From Myxococcota bacterium (lineage in GTDB: Bacteria > Myxococcota > XYA12-FULL-58-9 > JALHOP01), in the NCBI GenBank assembly GCA_041288095.1, contig JBGGMJ010000082.1, positions 24,873-88,872 of the forward strand: a stretch of 64,000 nucleotides of DNA. The letters run 5' to 3'. The notes under the pieces were generated by a model. It was not told the origin of the DNA. It worked only from the letters and a program-made list of their open reading frames with translations, and made no database searches. Made by a program: the position numbers and the translations under genes. This document shows positions 1 through 9,653 of this stretch, piece after piece; within the stretch, counting starts at the first letter, position 1; every line of letters begins with the position of its first letter.

Positions 1-2
1 CC

Positions 3-1340
3 GGCCTCATTCTCGCCCCGGCCCCCGACGCGCCTGATCCCGATGCCGCCGCTATCGCCGAGAGCCCCGAGGCACGTTTCACCGCGTCCGAGCTCGTCCC
101 GCACCTCGCATGGGTCATGAGCGCCTACTACCCAGCGCTCGAGCCCGAGCGCATGCAAGAGGTCATCCTGGCGAGCCTCCAAGGCCTCGCGCGCCTCAAG
201 CCGGAAGTCACCGTCGAGCGTGACGGCAACCGCATCGTCATCCGTGACGGCGCCACCACCCAGCGCTTCGCCATGCCCTCGAACGCGGGCTCCTGGGCGA
301 ACGCGGCCCAACGGGTCGCTGAGTTGGTCGCCGGCCCTGTGCCCTCTTTAGCGGGCGCTCGACACGACGCAGTGAGCGATGCTTTCTTCAGCGGCCTCGC
401 CGGCTCTCTCGATGGCTACAGCTGGTATCGCAACCGTGCCGCGGCCGCCGAGTTCGCACGCCGCATGGACCACAGCAAGCCGGAGGACGACGTACAGGCC
501 GAGGTTGTCGACGGTGTCGGCGTGTTGCGCATCCGCACCTTCACCGGCGCCGCCGTCATCGGCGTGCGACGCGCGCTCGAAAGCTGGGGCCTCCTGCCCG
601 AAGGCGCCACGCCTCGAGTCCAAGGGCTGGTCGTCGACATTATCGACGATGGCGGTGGCGCCAGCGCCGCGGCACGCTCGATCGCCGACATGTTCCTGCG
701 GCGCGGTGTCATTTACCGCACCGAGAGCAACGAGACGGTGAACGCCGTCAACGAGGAGGCTGACGGCCGCGGGATCCCCGAGCACATCCAGGTCGTGGTC
801 TTGCAGAACGGCGGCACTGCCTCGGCGGCGGAGATCTTCGCGGGCGCGGTCCAAGAGAATCGCCGGGCCATCGTCCTCGGCACCTCGAGCTATGGCAAGA
901 GCCGCGAGCAGACCGTTCGCCGCGAGCTCCCCGGTGGCGGGGCCCTGGCGATCTCGACGGCCCTCATTCGCGGACCCTCCGGCCAGACCCACGAGGGCCA
1001 GGGCGTCACCCCCAACGCCTGCATCATCGATACGCGCGTCAGCATGGATGCCGCGTCTCGCGCCGAGCTGCGTCGGCGCGGTGAGCTCGACGCCGGTCCG
1101 GACAACCCCCTCCACCGTTTTTGCCCACCGCTTCCGAGCCGCGCCGAGGTACGCACACCCGGGCGCCGCCGCATGAGCGACGACGAACATCGTGGCCTGC
1201 AGCTCCAGGCGATCGCCTTGCTGCGCGACCAGGCCCGCTACCGCTCCCTCCTCGAAGGGGTCGAGCTGGCGCCGCAACCAGCGTTCGTACGGCCGCGCAG
1301 CGCCGTGCCCGGCGTACCCTGGTGGGCTGGTCCTAACTGA
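3..1340 (+). CDS. S41-family (C-terminal processing) serine peptidase, apparently lacking PDZ; probably 5'-truncated
   Basis: The frame is open from base 3 (first ATG at 117). Motifs GVLRIRTF, VVDIIDDGGG, TASAAEIFAGAVQENRRAIVLGTSSYGKS (Ser/Lys dyad) and GQGVTPN are present. Confidence 0.8.
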   Translation, partial: GLILAPAPDAPDPDAAAIAESPEARFTASELVPHLAWVMSAYYPALEPERMQEVILASLQGLARLKPEVTVERDGNRIVIRDGATTQRFAMPSNAGSWANAAQRVAELVAGPVPSLAGARHDAVSDAFFSGLAGSLDGYSWYRNRAAAAEFARRMDHSKPEDDVQAEVVDGVGVLRIRTFTGAAVIGVRRALESWGLLPEGATPRVQGLVVDIIDDGGGASAAARSIADMFLRRGVIYRTESNETVNAVNEEADGRGIPEHIQVVVLQNGGTASAAEIFAGAVQENRRAIVLGTSSYGKSREQTVRRELPGGGALAISTALIRGPSGQTHEGQGVTPNACIIDTRVSMDAASRAELRRRGELDAGPDNPLHRFCPPLPSRAEVRTPGRRRMSDDEHRGLQLQAIALLRDQARYRSLLEGVELAPQPAFVRPRSAVPGVPWWAGPN

Positions 1341-1381
1341 TAGCCGAACCACCGCCGGCGTGGTTTAATGCGGGCCGCATC

Positions 1382-2527
1382 ATGTCCATTCACACCGAGC
1401 TCGTCATGAAGGCCCTGGAGTCGCTCGACGCGCTCTCGGCGCCGCCACCCGACGGCAAGCCCAACCTCCTGGGCGTGCCCATGGCCGAGCTCGAGCGCTT
1501 CTCCGAAGCGGCGGGAGAGCAACGCTATCGCGGACGGCAGATTTTCCAGGGCCTGTTCCACCGCCGCGTCCAGTCGTTCGCCGACCTCACCGACATCAGC
1601 AAGAAGCTGCGCGAGGCGCTCGAGGCGGCGTTCGACATCGACCGCCCCAAGGTCGAGCAGGTGCAAGCGTCGACCGACGGCACCCGCAAGTACAAGCTCA
1701 AGGCGATCGACGGCTCGATCTTCGAAGCCGTCTACATCCCCGAGGTGGCGCGTGGCTCGCGCACCAACACGTTGTGCGTCTCGTCGCAAACGGGCTGCGC
1801 CGTCGGCTGCAAGTTCTGCTTCACGGCGTCGCTGAAGCGCAATCGCAACCTCTCGGCCGCGGAGATCGTCGGCCAGGTGCTTGCTGTCCGCGATGACGTT
1901 GCGGAGTTCGGCGAGCGCGCCCAAGTCACCAACATCGTCTTCATGGGCATGGGCGAGCCGCTCCTGAACTACTCGCAGGTAACGCGCGCCATCGGCATCC
2001 TGCTCGACCCGATGGGCGCCGCGTTTCCGTCGAGGCGCATCACCGTGAGCACCAGCGGCATCGTGCCGCGCATCTACGACCTCGGCCGCGACCTGCCGAC
2101 GCAGCTCGCCATCTCGCTCAACGCGACGACCAACGAGATTCGCCAGCAGGTCATGCCGATCACCAAGAAGTGGCCGCTCGAGGAGCTCATCGCGGCGCTG
2201 CGCGCTTACCCGCTGCAGCCACGCCGGCGCATCACCATCGAATACGTCCTCCTCGGCGGCGTCAACGACAGCATCGAGGACGCGCGACGCCTCCCGCACC
2301 TCCTGCGCGACATCCCGGTCAAGGTGAACCTCTTGCCGCTCAACGCCCACGACCGCACGGAGCTCAAGACCCCCGAATGGAGCCAGGTCCTCGCCTTCGA
2401 GCGCGAGCTCAAACGCCACGGCATGAACGCCATCTTGCGCCGGCCCCGGGGCCGCGACATCTCGGCGGCGTGCGGCCAGCTCGGCGAAACCGTGCCTGTC
2501 CGCGAAAACGCACCAGCCGCGCCCTAG
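1382..2527 (+). CDS. rlmN: Dual-specificity 23S rRNA/tRNA m2A methyltransferase RlmN (radical SAM)
   Basis: Motifs CVSSQTGCAVGCKFC, NIVFMGMGEP, LAISLNA, IEYVLL and RGRDISAACGQL. Confidence 0.95.
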   Translation: MSIHTELVMKALESLDALSAPPPDGKPNLLGVPMAELERFSEAAGEQRYRGRQIFQGLFHRRVQSFADLTDISKKLREALEAAFDIDRPKVEQVQASTDGTRKYKLKAIDGSIFEAVYIPEVARGSRTNTLCVSSQTGCAVGCKFCFTASLKRNRNLSAAEIVGQVLAVRDDVAEFGERAQVTNIVFMGMGEPLLNYSQVTRAIGILLDPMGAAFPSRRITVSTSGIVPRIYDLGRDLPTQLAISLNATTNEIRQQVMPITKKWPLEELIAALRAYPLQPRRRITIEYVLLGGVNDSIEDARRLPHLLRDIPVKVNLLPLNAHDRTELKTPEWSQVLAFERELKRHGMNAILRRPRGRDISAACGQLGETVPVRENAPAAP

Positions 2528-3192
2528 CCGACCTCGAGCTTGCGCTCGCGAAAGGCCGCGAGCAGCCGCACCTTTGCCTCGGCTTCGAGAACGGCACCGT
2601 GCGCCGGCACGACGCGGGCGATGTCGAGCCGAGCAATCGGCGCCAGCGACGCCGCGAACGCTCGGCGGTCCTTCACCAGCATCATGAGCATGCGGCTGAC
2701 CGCGAAGCGTCGATAAGCATCCGAGAGCAGCTTCAAGATGATGGTCGCTCCGACGCCGCCAGCGTCGACGACATTGAAGGCGAGATCGACGACGAGCAGC
2801 GACTTCGAGGGCACGTGATAAAGCGCGTGCTCACGCACCTTCGGCATGCCGGCCAGCGGAAAGACGCGCAGCTCGCTCTCGTGCGGCCATGGGTCTTCGC
2901 CGAGCACCGACCAGGTATGCTTCGGACGCTTGTCGCGTATCCCCGGCGGACCCCAGAGCCGAGCCCGCGGGTGATACTTGGCCGCGAGCGGGCCGCCGTC
3001 GGTGTGCCAGAAGCTGGGCGCGATGATGTCCGTCACCTCGCCGGCGCTCTTGAGCTGGGCTTCGCTCATCATCGAGCCCGGGGAGAACATCACCCTGCCG
3101 CCGCTCACCTCGATGACGGTGGTGCGGACCGGGAGCTTCATGATGGGCATCTTGGCGACGTCTTCGATGAAGGTCATTCCGGTGGTGGTCAT
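2524..3192 (-). CDS. DUF4336-like / MBL-related hypothetical protein
   Basis: Motifs RTTVI, IIAPSFWH, YHVPSKSLLVVDLAFN and RVVPAHG. The start is uncertain (3192 chosen). Confidence 0.7.
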   Translation of the reverse strand: MTTTGMTFIEDVAKMPIMKLPVRTTVIEVSGGRVMFSPGSMMSEAQLKSAGEVTDIIAPSFWHTDGGPLAAKYHPRARLWGPPGIRDKRPKHTWSVLGEDPWPHESELRVFPLAGMPKVREHALYHVPSKSLLVVDLAFNVVDAGGVGATIILKLLSDAYRRFAVSRMLMMLVKDRRAFAASLAPIARLDIARVVPAHGAVLEAEAKVRLLAAFRERKLEVG

Positions 3193-3259
3193 GCCGTGTG
3201 CGCTATCAGCGACCGTGCCTCCTGACAATCCGCGCCGGCGAGCGTAAACATGCGTCAAA

Positions 3260-4378
3260 ATGTCCCTCGCTGATCAGGTGCGCGACGCTGCCCTCGAGCT
3301 GGGCTTCGTGCGCGTCGGTTTCTCGCCGGTCGAGCCCTTCGCGCGCGGTGCGGACGCTCTAGCGGACTGGCTGGCGCGCGGTCGCCACGGCGAGATGGCC
3401 TACATGGCGGAGCACGGCGGACGCGCGGAGCCGACGACCCTACTCGCCGAGGCCAAGACCTTGATCGTCGTCGCCCTGCCCTACACCCGCGACGTTCCGG
3501 AGGCGCCGGCGATGCATGGACGCGTCGCACGTTACGCGCTGGGCGGCGATTACCACGCCGTGATGAAGGAGAAGTTGCGCGCGTTAGCGGACAAGCTCGG
3601 CACCCTCACTAGCCGCCCAGTGCTCGCCCGCCCTTGCGTCGACAGCGCGCCCATCCTCGAGCGCGAAGCCGCCGAGCGCGCCGGCGTCGGCTTCATCGCC
3701 AAGTCGACGATGAGCATCGTCCCGGGCGTCGGCAGCTACGTGGTCCTGGGAGAGCTACTCGTCGACCTCGAGCTCGCGCCCAGTACGCCAGAGCGGTCTC
3801 GCTGTGGCAGTTGCACCAAGTGCATCGAAGCCTGCCCCACTGGCGCCATCATCGACGCCCAGGTGCTCGACGCTCGGCGCTGCATCTCGTACCTGACCAT
3901 CGAGCTGCGCGGCGCAATTCCGCGCGAGTTACGACCACTCATCGGCACCTGGGTCTACGGCTGCGACATCTGCCAGGAGGTCTGCCCCTTCAACGCCTCG
4001 AAGCAGGAGCGCCCACTCGCCCCCGAAATGCGGCCACGCTTCACCAGCCTCGATCTGGTGAAGCTCCTGGCCATCCGCAACCGAGAGCACAAGCGCCTCA
4101 TCAAGAAGAGCGCCATGCGTCGTGTAAGCCGCGAGCAGCTGGCGCGAAATGCGGCGGTGGCACTGGGCAACTGCAAGGAGCCGACGGCCATTGCGCCTCT
4201 CGCCGAGGCCCTCGAGCACCACAAATCACCGCTGGTGCGCGGCCACGCCGCCTGGGCCCTCGGCCGCTACAGCAAGGACCACTTAGCCGCGCGCGACGCC
4301 TTGGCCGCGGCCGCCTTGCGTGAAACCGATGCCGGCGTGCTCGACGAAATCGCCCGGGCCCCTGACATCGTGTCATGA
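3260..4378 (+). CDS. queG: Epoxyqueuosine reductase QueG
   Basis: Motifs GRVARYALGGDYH, CVDSAPILER, CGSCTKCIEACPTGA, RRCISYLTIE and GCDICQEVCPFN, plus a C-terminal HEAT region. Confidence 0.95.
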   Translation: MSLADQVRDAALELGFVRVGFSPVEPFARGADALADWLARGRHGEMAYMAEHGGRAEPTTLLAEAKTLIVVALPYTRDVPEAPAMHGRVARYALGGDYHAVMKEKLRALADKLGTLTSRPVLARPCVDSAPILEREAAERAGVGFIAKSTMSIVPGVGSYVVLGELLVDLELAPSTPERSRCGSCTKCIEACPTGAIIDAQVLDARRCISYLTIELRGAIPRELRPLIGTWVYGCDICQEVCPFNASKQERPLAPEMRPRFTSLDLVKLLAIRNREHKRLIKKSAMRRVSREQLARNAAVALGNCKEPTAIAPLAEALEHHKSPLVRGHAAWALGRYSKDHLAARDALAAAALRETDAGVLDEIARAPDIVS

Positions 4379-4384
4379 AAACGC

Positions 4385-4411
4385 GCAACACCAGCGCCGG
4401 CAAGCCGATGA
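4385..4411 (+). promoter_or_regulatory. Putative sigma28-like promoter
   Basis: GCAA-N15-GCCGATGA upstream of the orphan ORF at 4439. Confidence 0.55.
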
Positions 4412-4438
4412 CCACGCTCCCACCACAGGAGCCAGCCC

Positions 4439-4705
4439 ATGCCGAATCAACTTGGCGACATTCTCAACCGCGTTCTTCCGCGCGGCCTCACCGATAGCGA
4501 GACCGACGAGATCATCGCGGCGGTGAACGCACCGAAGGCCGATCAGACCCAGCAGCAAGACACACTCCTCGAGCTGCGCGCCCTCAACACGGTCCTCGGC
4601 CAGTACCTGGCTTCCGGGAACTCGTACGCCACCATGGCGAACCATCAGCGCATCGGCGTTTGCCTGCGCCGGCAGGAAATCTCGCCCGCGCTCAAGTGCC
4701 GCTAG
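4439..4705 (+). CDS. Small orphan hypothetical protein (88 aa)
   Basis: AGGAG RBS, GC-rich third codon positions, and it fills the gap between queG and xth. Confidence 0.65.
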   Translation: MPNQLGDILNRVLPRGLTDSETDEIIAAVNAPKADQTQQQDTLLELRALNTVLGQYLASGNSYATMANHQRIGVCLRRQEISPALKCR

Positions 4706-4709
4706 CCGG

Positions 4710-5489
4710 TCAGGCGAGCTCGACAATCACCGGCGCGTGATCGCTCGGCGGTGTCGGATGTGCTTTCGGATAACGCTCGTCGCGGTCGATCGAGGCCGCG
4801 CGGGCGCGCTCCGCAATCACGGACGTCCCCAACACGAGGTCGATGCGCAGACCGTTGGCGCGCTGGAACCCGAGGTTGCGGTAGTCCCACCACGAGTAGA
4901 GGCCGCCCTCCTCGCGCACCTTACGAAACACGTCGACGAGCCCGAAGCGCATGAGCGACTGCAACGCCGCGCGGGCCTCGGGGTGATAAAGCACCGTGTG
5001 CTCCCACTCGAACGGCCGCGCCACATCGCGCTCGTCCGGGGCGATGTTGAAATCACCGCACAAGAGCAGGGGTTCGTCGGGCTGGTGATTGGCGGCGAGA
5101 TACGACTCGAAGCGCTTGAGCCACGCCATCTTGTATTGCCACTTGTCCGAGTCGACGGTGCTGCCGTTGGGCACGTAGACGCTCGCGATCCGCACGCCTT
5201 GCACCAGCCCGCTCACGTACCGCGCTTGCGGGTCGTCGGCGCCGTCCGCGAAGCCGATGCGCACGTCCTCGATGGGAGTCTTCGATAGCAGAGCGACGCC
5301 GTTGTAGGCCTTCTGACCGTTGAGCGCCGCGTGGTAGCCGAGCGTGAGCAGCTTCGCCGTGGGAAAGGCGCCGTCGGGGACCTTGGTCTCCTGCAAGCAG
5401 AGCACGTCGGGCTGATGCCGCGCCAACGCCAAGAAGAACCGCTCTTCGCGGGCCTTCACCGAGTTGACGTTCCAGCTGAGCAGCTTCAC
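4710..5489 (-). CDS. xth: Exodeoxyribonuclease III
   Basis: Motifs SWNVNS, LCLQETK, YNGVALLS, YVPNG, GDFNIAP, YSWWDYR, LRIDLVL and SDHAPV. Confidence 0.95.
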   Translation of the reverse strand: MKLLSWNVNSVKAREERFFLALARHQPDVLCLQETKVPDGAFPTAKLLTLGYHAALNGQKAYNGVALLSKTPIEDVRIGFADGADDPQARYVSGLVQGVRIASVYVPNGSTVDSDKWQYKMAWLKRFESYLAANHQPDEPLLLCGDFNIAPDERDVARPFEWEHTVLYHPEARAALQSLMRFGLVDVFRKVREEGGLYSWWDYRNLGFQRANGLRIDLVLGTSVIAERARAASIDRDERYPKAHPTPPSDHAPVIVELA

Positions 5490-6880
5490 TTGCGCAACGT
5501 GGTTGCCAGCTCTTCGTAGAGGTGAATGGTCGACTTGGTAACGCGCTCCCAGTCACCGATGTGCTGCGACTCGTCGATACCGTGGATGTACGAATACGGG
5601 TCCTCGATGCCGAGCATGATCGCCGGCACGCCGCCGAGCGCCTCGCAGAACGGACCGACGAAGGGAATCGATCCACCGGCGCCGAGAATCGTGGGCTCGC
5701 GGCCGAAGCCGGCTTGCAGCGAGCGCGCCGCCGCCTGGAACGCGGGATGCTCCGTCGAGCAATGCCACGCCGGCGACGCCTGGTGTCGGGTCACGGTGAC
5801 CTGCGCGCCGAACGGGGGGTTCTCCTCGAGCTTCTTGACCAAAGCGTCTTGCGCCGCCTTGGGATCCTGGTCGGGCACCAAACGCACACCGACGCGGGCC
5901 CAGGCGCTCTCGACGAGGATGTTGCGAGCGTCCGCTCGAGAAGACGCCTGCATGGCGTTGATGGCGATGGTCGGCTTGCGCCAGATCGCCTCGAAGGGGC
6001 TCCCCTCGGTGGTGAGCGGGACGCCGTCGAGGATCCCCGACATCTTGCGGAAGCCGCTCTTGTCGATGGGCAGCTTCTCGAGCGAGGCACGCTCGGCCGC
6101 GTTCATCGGCATGACCTTCTCGTAGAAGCCCGGGAGATCGACGCTGCCGTCGTCCTTGGTAAGGCGCGCGAGGATCTTGCACAGGGCCATGGCGGCGTCG
6201 GGCAGCGGACCGCCCCACATGCCGGAGTGCAGCGGCCCCTTCAGAACCTTCACCTCGACATCGACGGCGGCCATGCCGCGCAGCGAGTTCGTGAGCGACG
6301 GGATGCCGGTGTCGATGTTCGCCGTGTCGGTGATGATGATGGCGTCGGCCTGCAGCCGATCGAGATGCTTATGTAAGAACTTCATCAAGTGCGCCGAGCC
6401 GATCTCTTCTTCGCCTTCGATGAGGAACTTGAGATTCACCGGGAGCTTGCCGCCGCCGGCCTTGCGCCAGCTGTCGACCGCCGCCGCATGGATCGAGATG
6501 CCGACCTTGTCGTCCGAGGTGCCGCGCCCGTAGAGCCGGCCATTGCGCTCCGTCGGCGTGAAGGGCGGCGAGGTCCACTGCGAAGCATCGCCCGCCGGCT
6601 GCACGTCGTGGTGCGCGTACAGAAGTAGAGTCGGCGCCTTAGGATCAGCGACGACCTCCGCGAAAACGTACGGGTGCGCGTCATCGAGCGGCAGGATCTC
6701 GACCTTGTCGAAGCCACGCTTCTTGAGCAGGTCCGCGGTCGCTTGAGCGGACACCTTCATGTGGCTGTGGTCGAACCCCGGAAAAGAGATGCTCGGGATC
6801 GCGACCAGGGCCTTCAGATCTTCCAAGTAATCGCGGCGGTTTGCGTCAAAATGGGCGGCGGCTTTGGCGGCATTCGACAT
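5486..6880 (-). CDS. M20/M25/M40 family metallopeptidase (dipeptidase-like)
   Basis: Motifs YAHHDVQP, LYGRGTSDDK, EGEEEIGS, LHSGMWGG, GGSIPF and HGIDE. Confidence 0.9.
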   Translation of the reverse strand: MSNAAKAAAHFDANRRDYLEDLKALVAIPSISFPGFDHSHMKVSAQATADLLKKRGFDKVEILPLDDAHPYVFAEVVADPKAPTLLLYAHHDVQPAGDASQWTSPPFTPTERNGRLYGRGTSDDKVGISIHAAAVDSWRKAGGGKLPVNLKFLIEGEEEIGSAHLMKFLHKHLDRLQADAIIITDTANIDTGIPSLTNSLRGMAAVDVEVKVLKGPLHSGMWGGPLPDAAMALCKILARLTKDDGSVDLPGFYEKVMPMNAAERASLEKLPIDKSGFRKMSGILDGVPLTTEGSPFEAIWRKPTIAINAMQASSRADARNILVESAWARVGVRLVPDQDPKAAQDALVKKLEENPPFGAQVTVTRHQASPAWHCSTEHPAFQAAARSLQAGFGREPTILGAGGSIPFVGPFCEALGGVPAIMLGIEDPYSYIHGIDESQHIGDWERVTKSTIHLYEELATTLRK

Positions 6881-6960
6881 GCGGGAGGCGTAGCAAGGCG
6901 GATACCCGGGCGCAATATGTGGCCAAGAGGCCACAGGTCATGGTAAGCCCTGTGAATCAC

Positions 6961-8388
6961 ATGGAAACCGATCCGAAGGCAGGCACGACGGGTCCCCTCC
7001 CTCGGCCACGCCAGACGACCATCGTCGCTGATCGCACGCAGATCCAGCTGCAACGGTGCAAGCTCGTCCAAATGACGGGCGGCGCCAAGGGCCGCGAGTT
7101 CGAGCTGTCGCGTCGTCGTGTCGTCGTGGGCTCGAGCGAGAGCTGTGACCTTCGCCTCACCGATAACACCGTTTCGAAAGAACATTTCGCCATCATCCGG
7201 GACGAGCAGAGCTACCTGCTGCAAGACCTGGGCAGCACCAACGGCACCTTCCTCGACAACGCGCGCATCAAAGAGGTCTATCTGCGACCCGGCGCGCTCA
7301 TCAAAGCCGGCGAGGTCTTCTTCCGCTTCGAGCCGGTCTACGAGCGCATCGAGCTCGTGCCCTCCGACCGGGCCGACTTCGCGGGCCTACTCGGCGTCTC
7401 GTTCCGCATGCGCGAGATCTTCACCGTGCTCGAGAAGGTGGCCGCGACCGAGGCGACCATCCTCCTGCAAGGTGAGACCGGCACCGGCAAGGGCGCGGTC
7501 GCGCGCGCCATCCATCAGGCGTCGCTGCGCAAAGATCAAAAAATCGTCATCTTCGATTGCGGCGCCATCGCCCCGACGCTCATCGAGAGCGAGCTCTTCG
7601 GCCACGAACGCGGTGCTTTCACCGGCGCCGTGCAGCAACGCAAAGGCGCGCTCGAAGAGGCACAAGGCGGCACGCTCTTCATCGACGAGCTCGCTGAGTT
7701 GCCCCTCGAGCTGCAACCGAAGCTCTTGCGCGCCCTCGAAGAGCGCACCTTCACGCGCGTCGGCAGCAACAAGTCGATGAAGGTCGACTGCCGCGTCATC
7801 GCCGCCTCGCAGCGTGACCTCTGGACCGAAGTGTCCGCCGGCCGTTTCCGCGAAGACCTCTATTTCCGCCTCGCGGTCGTCACCATTCCCCTGCCGCCGC
7901 TGCGCGACCGCACCGAAGACATTCCGATGCTGGTCGACGGCTTCATGAAGGACATCCCGCACTCGAAGGTGAAGACCTTCGACGAGCTACCGTCCGACAT
8001 GCAGCGCAAGCTCCTCTCGCACGATTGGCCGGGCAACATCCGCGAGCTGCGCAACACCGTCGAGCGCATGGCGCTCATGGACGGCGCCGACCCATTCATG
8101 CGCCGGCCGCAGCGGCTCGATGGCACCGTCGCAGGTGCCCCAGGCGGAGCCCCAGCCCCAGGCAGCCCGCCCGCGGCCCCCTCTGGCAACCTCAGCGCCG
8201 ACTACGACCTGCCCTTCAAAGACGCCAAGGACAACTTGGTCTCCGCCTTCGAGCGCGAGTACCTGACGCGGCTGTTGTCCCGCACCAGCAACAACATCGC
8301 GCGCGCGGCCCGCGAGGCGTCTATTGACCGGAAGTACCTCTACACTCTACTCGCGAAGCACGGTCTGTCCGGCAACGACGACTCATGA
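6961..8388 (+). CDS. FHA-domain sigma54-dependent Fis-family transcriptional activator
   Basis: FHA domain (VSKEH, DLGSTNGT), Walker A GETGTGK, GAFTGA, WPGNIREL and a C-terminal HTH. Confidence 0.92.
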   Translation: METDPKAGTTGPLPRPRQTTIVADRTQIQLQRCKLVQMTGGAKGREFELSRRRVVVGSSESCDLRLTDNTVSKEHFAIIRDEQSYLLQDLGSTNGTFLDNARIKEVYLRPGALIKAGEVFFRFEPVYERIELVPSDRADFAGLLGVSFRMREIFTVLEKVAATEATILLQGETGTGKGAVARAIHQASLRKDQKIVIFDCGAIAPTLIESELFGHERGAFTGAVQQRKGALEEAQGGTLFIDELAELPLELQPKLLRALEERTFTRVGSNKSMKVDCRVIAASQRDLWTEVSAGRFREDLYFRLAVVTIPLPPLRDRTEDIPMLVDGFMKDIPHSKVKTFDELPSDMQRKLLSHDWPGNIRELRNTVERMALMDGADPFMRRPQRLDGTVAGAPGGAPAPGSPPAAPSGNLSADYDLPFKDAKDNLVSAFEREYLTRLLSRTSNNIARAAREASIDRKYLYTLLAKHGLSGNDDS

Positions 8389-9035
8389 CCATGACAGGAC
8401 TTCCGCGCTACATCGCCATCGAGGGTCCGATTGGCGTCGGTAAGACGACGCTCACGCAGAAAATCGCCGAGCGCATCAACGCCAGGGTCGTCCTCGAAGA
8501 GTTCTCCGACAACCCGTTCCTGCGTGACTTCTATCAGGACAAGGACCGGGTCGCGTTCCAGACGCAGGTCTACTTCCTGGTCGCCCGCTTCAAGCAGCAA
8601 GAGGAGCTGCGGCAGCACGACCTGTTCGCGCGCTCCATCGTCAGCGACTACCTCTTCGCCAAGGACCGCATCTTCGCTTACCTGAACCTCGCCGAAGCCG
8701 AGCTCCAGCTCTACGAGCGCATCTACGACTTGTTGCGCCCGCGCTTGGTGAAGCCCGACCTCGTGGTCTACCTGCAAGCACGCCCCGACGTCTTGATGAA
8801 GCGACTCCGCAAACGCGGACGCGAGATGGAAGCCTCGGTCGAGGTGCAGTACCTCGATTCGTTGCAGCGCGCGTACAACCAGTTCTTCTTCCACTACGAC
8901 GAGTCGCCGCTGCTCATCGTCGAGACCAGCGACATCGACGTGCGGCTCGACGAAGACTTCGATCTGCTCATCGACGCCATGAGGCGCGCGACCCACGGCA
9001 CCAATCATTTCGTGCCCCGCTCACGCGCCGGCTGA
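8385..9035 (+). CDS. Deoxynucleoside kinase
   Basis: Motifs YIAIEGPIGVGKTT, SDYLFAKDRIFA, PDLVVYLQA and RKRGREME. Confidence 0.9.
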   Translation: MTMTGLPRYIAIEGPIGVGKTTLTQKIAERINARVVLEEFSDNPFLRDFYQDKDRVAFQTQVYFLVARFKQQEELRQHDLFARSIVSDYLFAKDRIFAYLNLAEAELQLYERIYDLLRPRLVKPDLVVYLQARPDVLMKRLRKRGREMEASVEVQYLDSLQRAYNQFFFHYDESPLLIVETSDIDVRLDEDFDLLIDAMRRATHGTNHFVPRSRAG

Positions 9036-9066
9036 GTGTGCCGCTGTGTCGGCAGCCGGATCCAAA

Positions 9067-9093
9067 GCACCGCCGAGCTGCGCGCATCGATAA
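9067..9093 (+). promoter_or_regulatory. Putative sigma28-like promoter
   Basis: GCAC-N15-ATCGATAA upstream of the orphan ORF at 9118. Confidence 0.45.
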
Positions 9094-9117
9094 CCAGACA
9101 ACTCGTCGGAGATTGTC

Positions 9118-9651
9118 ATGGCCTCTATTTCGAATTCGCCCGTCACCACCGCTGACCTACGCGACCGCGCCTGGGACGCCCTCGGCGCCCACTTCCTGTT
9201 ACCCCGCGACCTAAGCCTCCTTCAGGAAGGCGTGGCGACCAAGAAGAGCCTCGCGACCGCGAAGGCCGCTCTCGCCGAGACCGAAAAGCTGGCGGCAATG
9301 ACGGCCCCCGGCGCCGCCGATTCGAGCCATCAGTTCGACCGCGTGACCATCACCGTTTGGGGACCGGACCCGTGGAAGGTCACCGTCGCCGGCGACACGG
9401 TCGACGCCGTCGTGAACGAGCGCCGGGAACGCAAGTACCTCGGCGGTCTGTTCACGCACACCGAGACCAACGACATGAGATCCAAGGGTGAGCGCGCCAA
9501 CGTCCACGAGTGGGCGTCCAAGGCCGCCACCGCCGGGCAGCGCCTGGTCGGCGCCATCGAGTCGCGCCTCGCGGCCCAAAGCGGCATAGAAACGGCGCTC
9601 GCCGGTGTCCGCGAACGCGTCGAGCCCGTGCTGGACCGCATCCGCCGCTGA
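9118..9651 (+). CDS. Orphan hypothetical protein (177 aa), paralog of 13261..13797
   Basis: GGAG RBS. It shares EKLAAMTAPGA.DSS and GAIE..LAAQ.G.ETAL.GV with the 13261 ORF. Confidence 0.8.
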   Translation: MASISNSPVTTADLRDRAWDALGAHFLLPRDLSLLQEGVATKKSLATAKAALAETEKLAAMTAPGAADSSHQFDRVTITVWGPDPWKVTVAGDTVDAVVNERRERKYLGGLFTHTETNDMRSKGERANVHEWASKAATAGQRLVGAIESRLAAQSGIETALAGVRERVEPVLDRIRR

Positions 9652-9653
9652 GC

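Noticed and set aside
1346..1364. Small hairpin AACCAC...GTGGTT after the S41 gene as a terminator
   Set aside because: The stem is short, the U-tract is minimal and it overlaps the likely rlmN promoter region.
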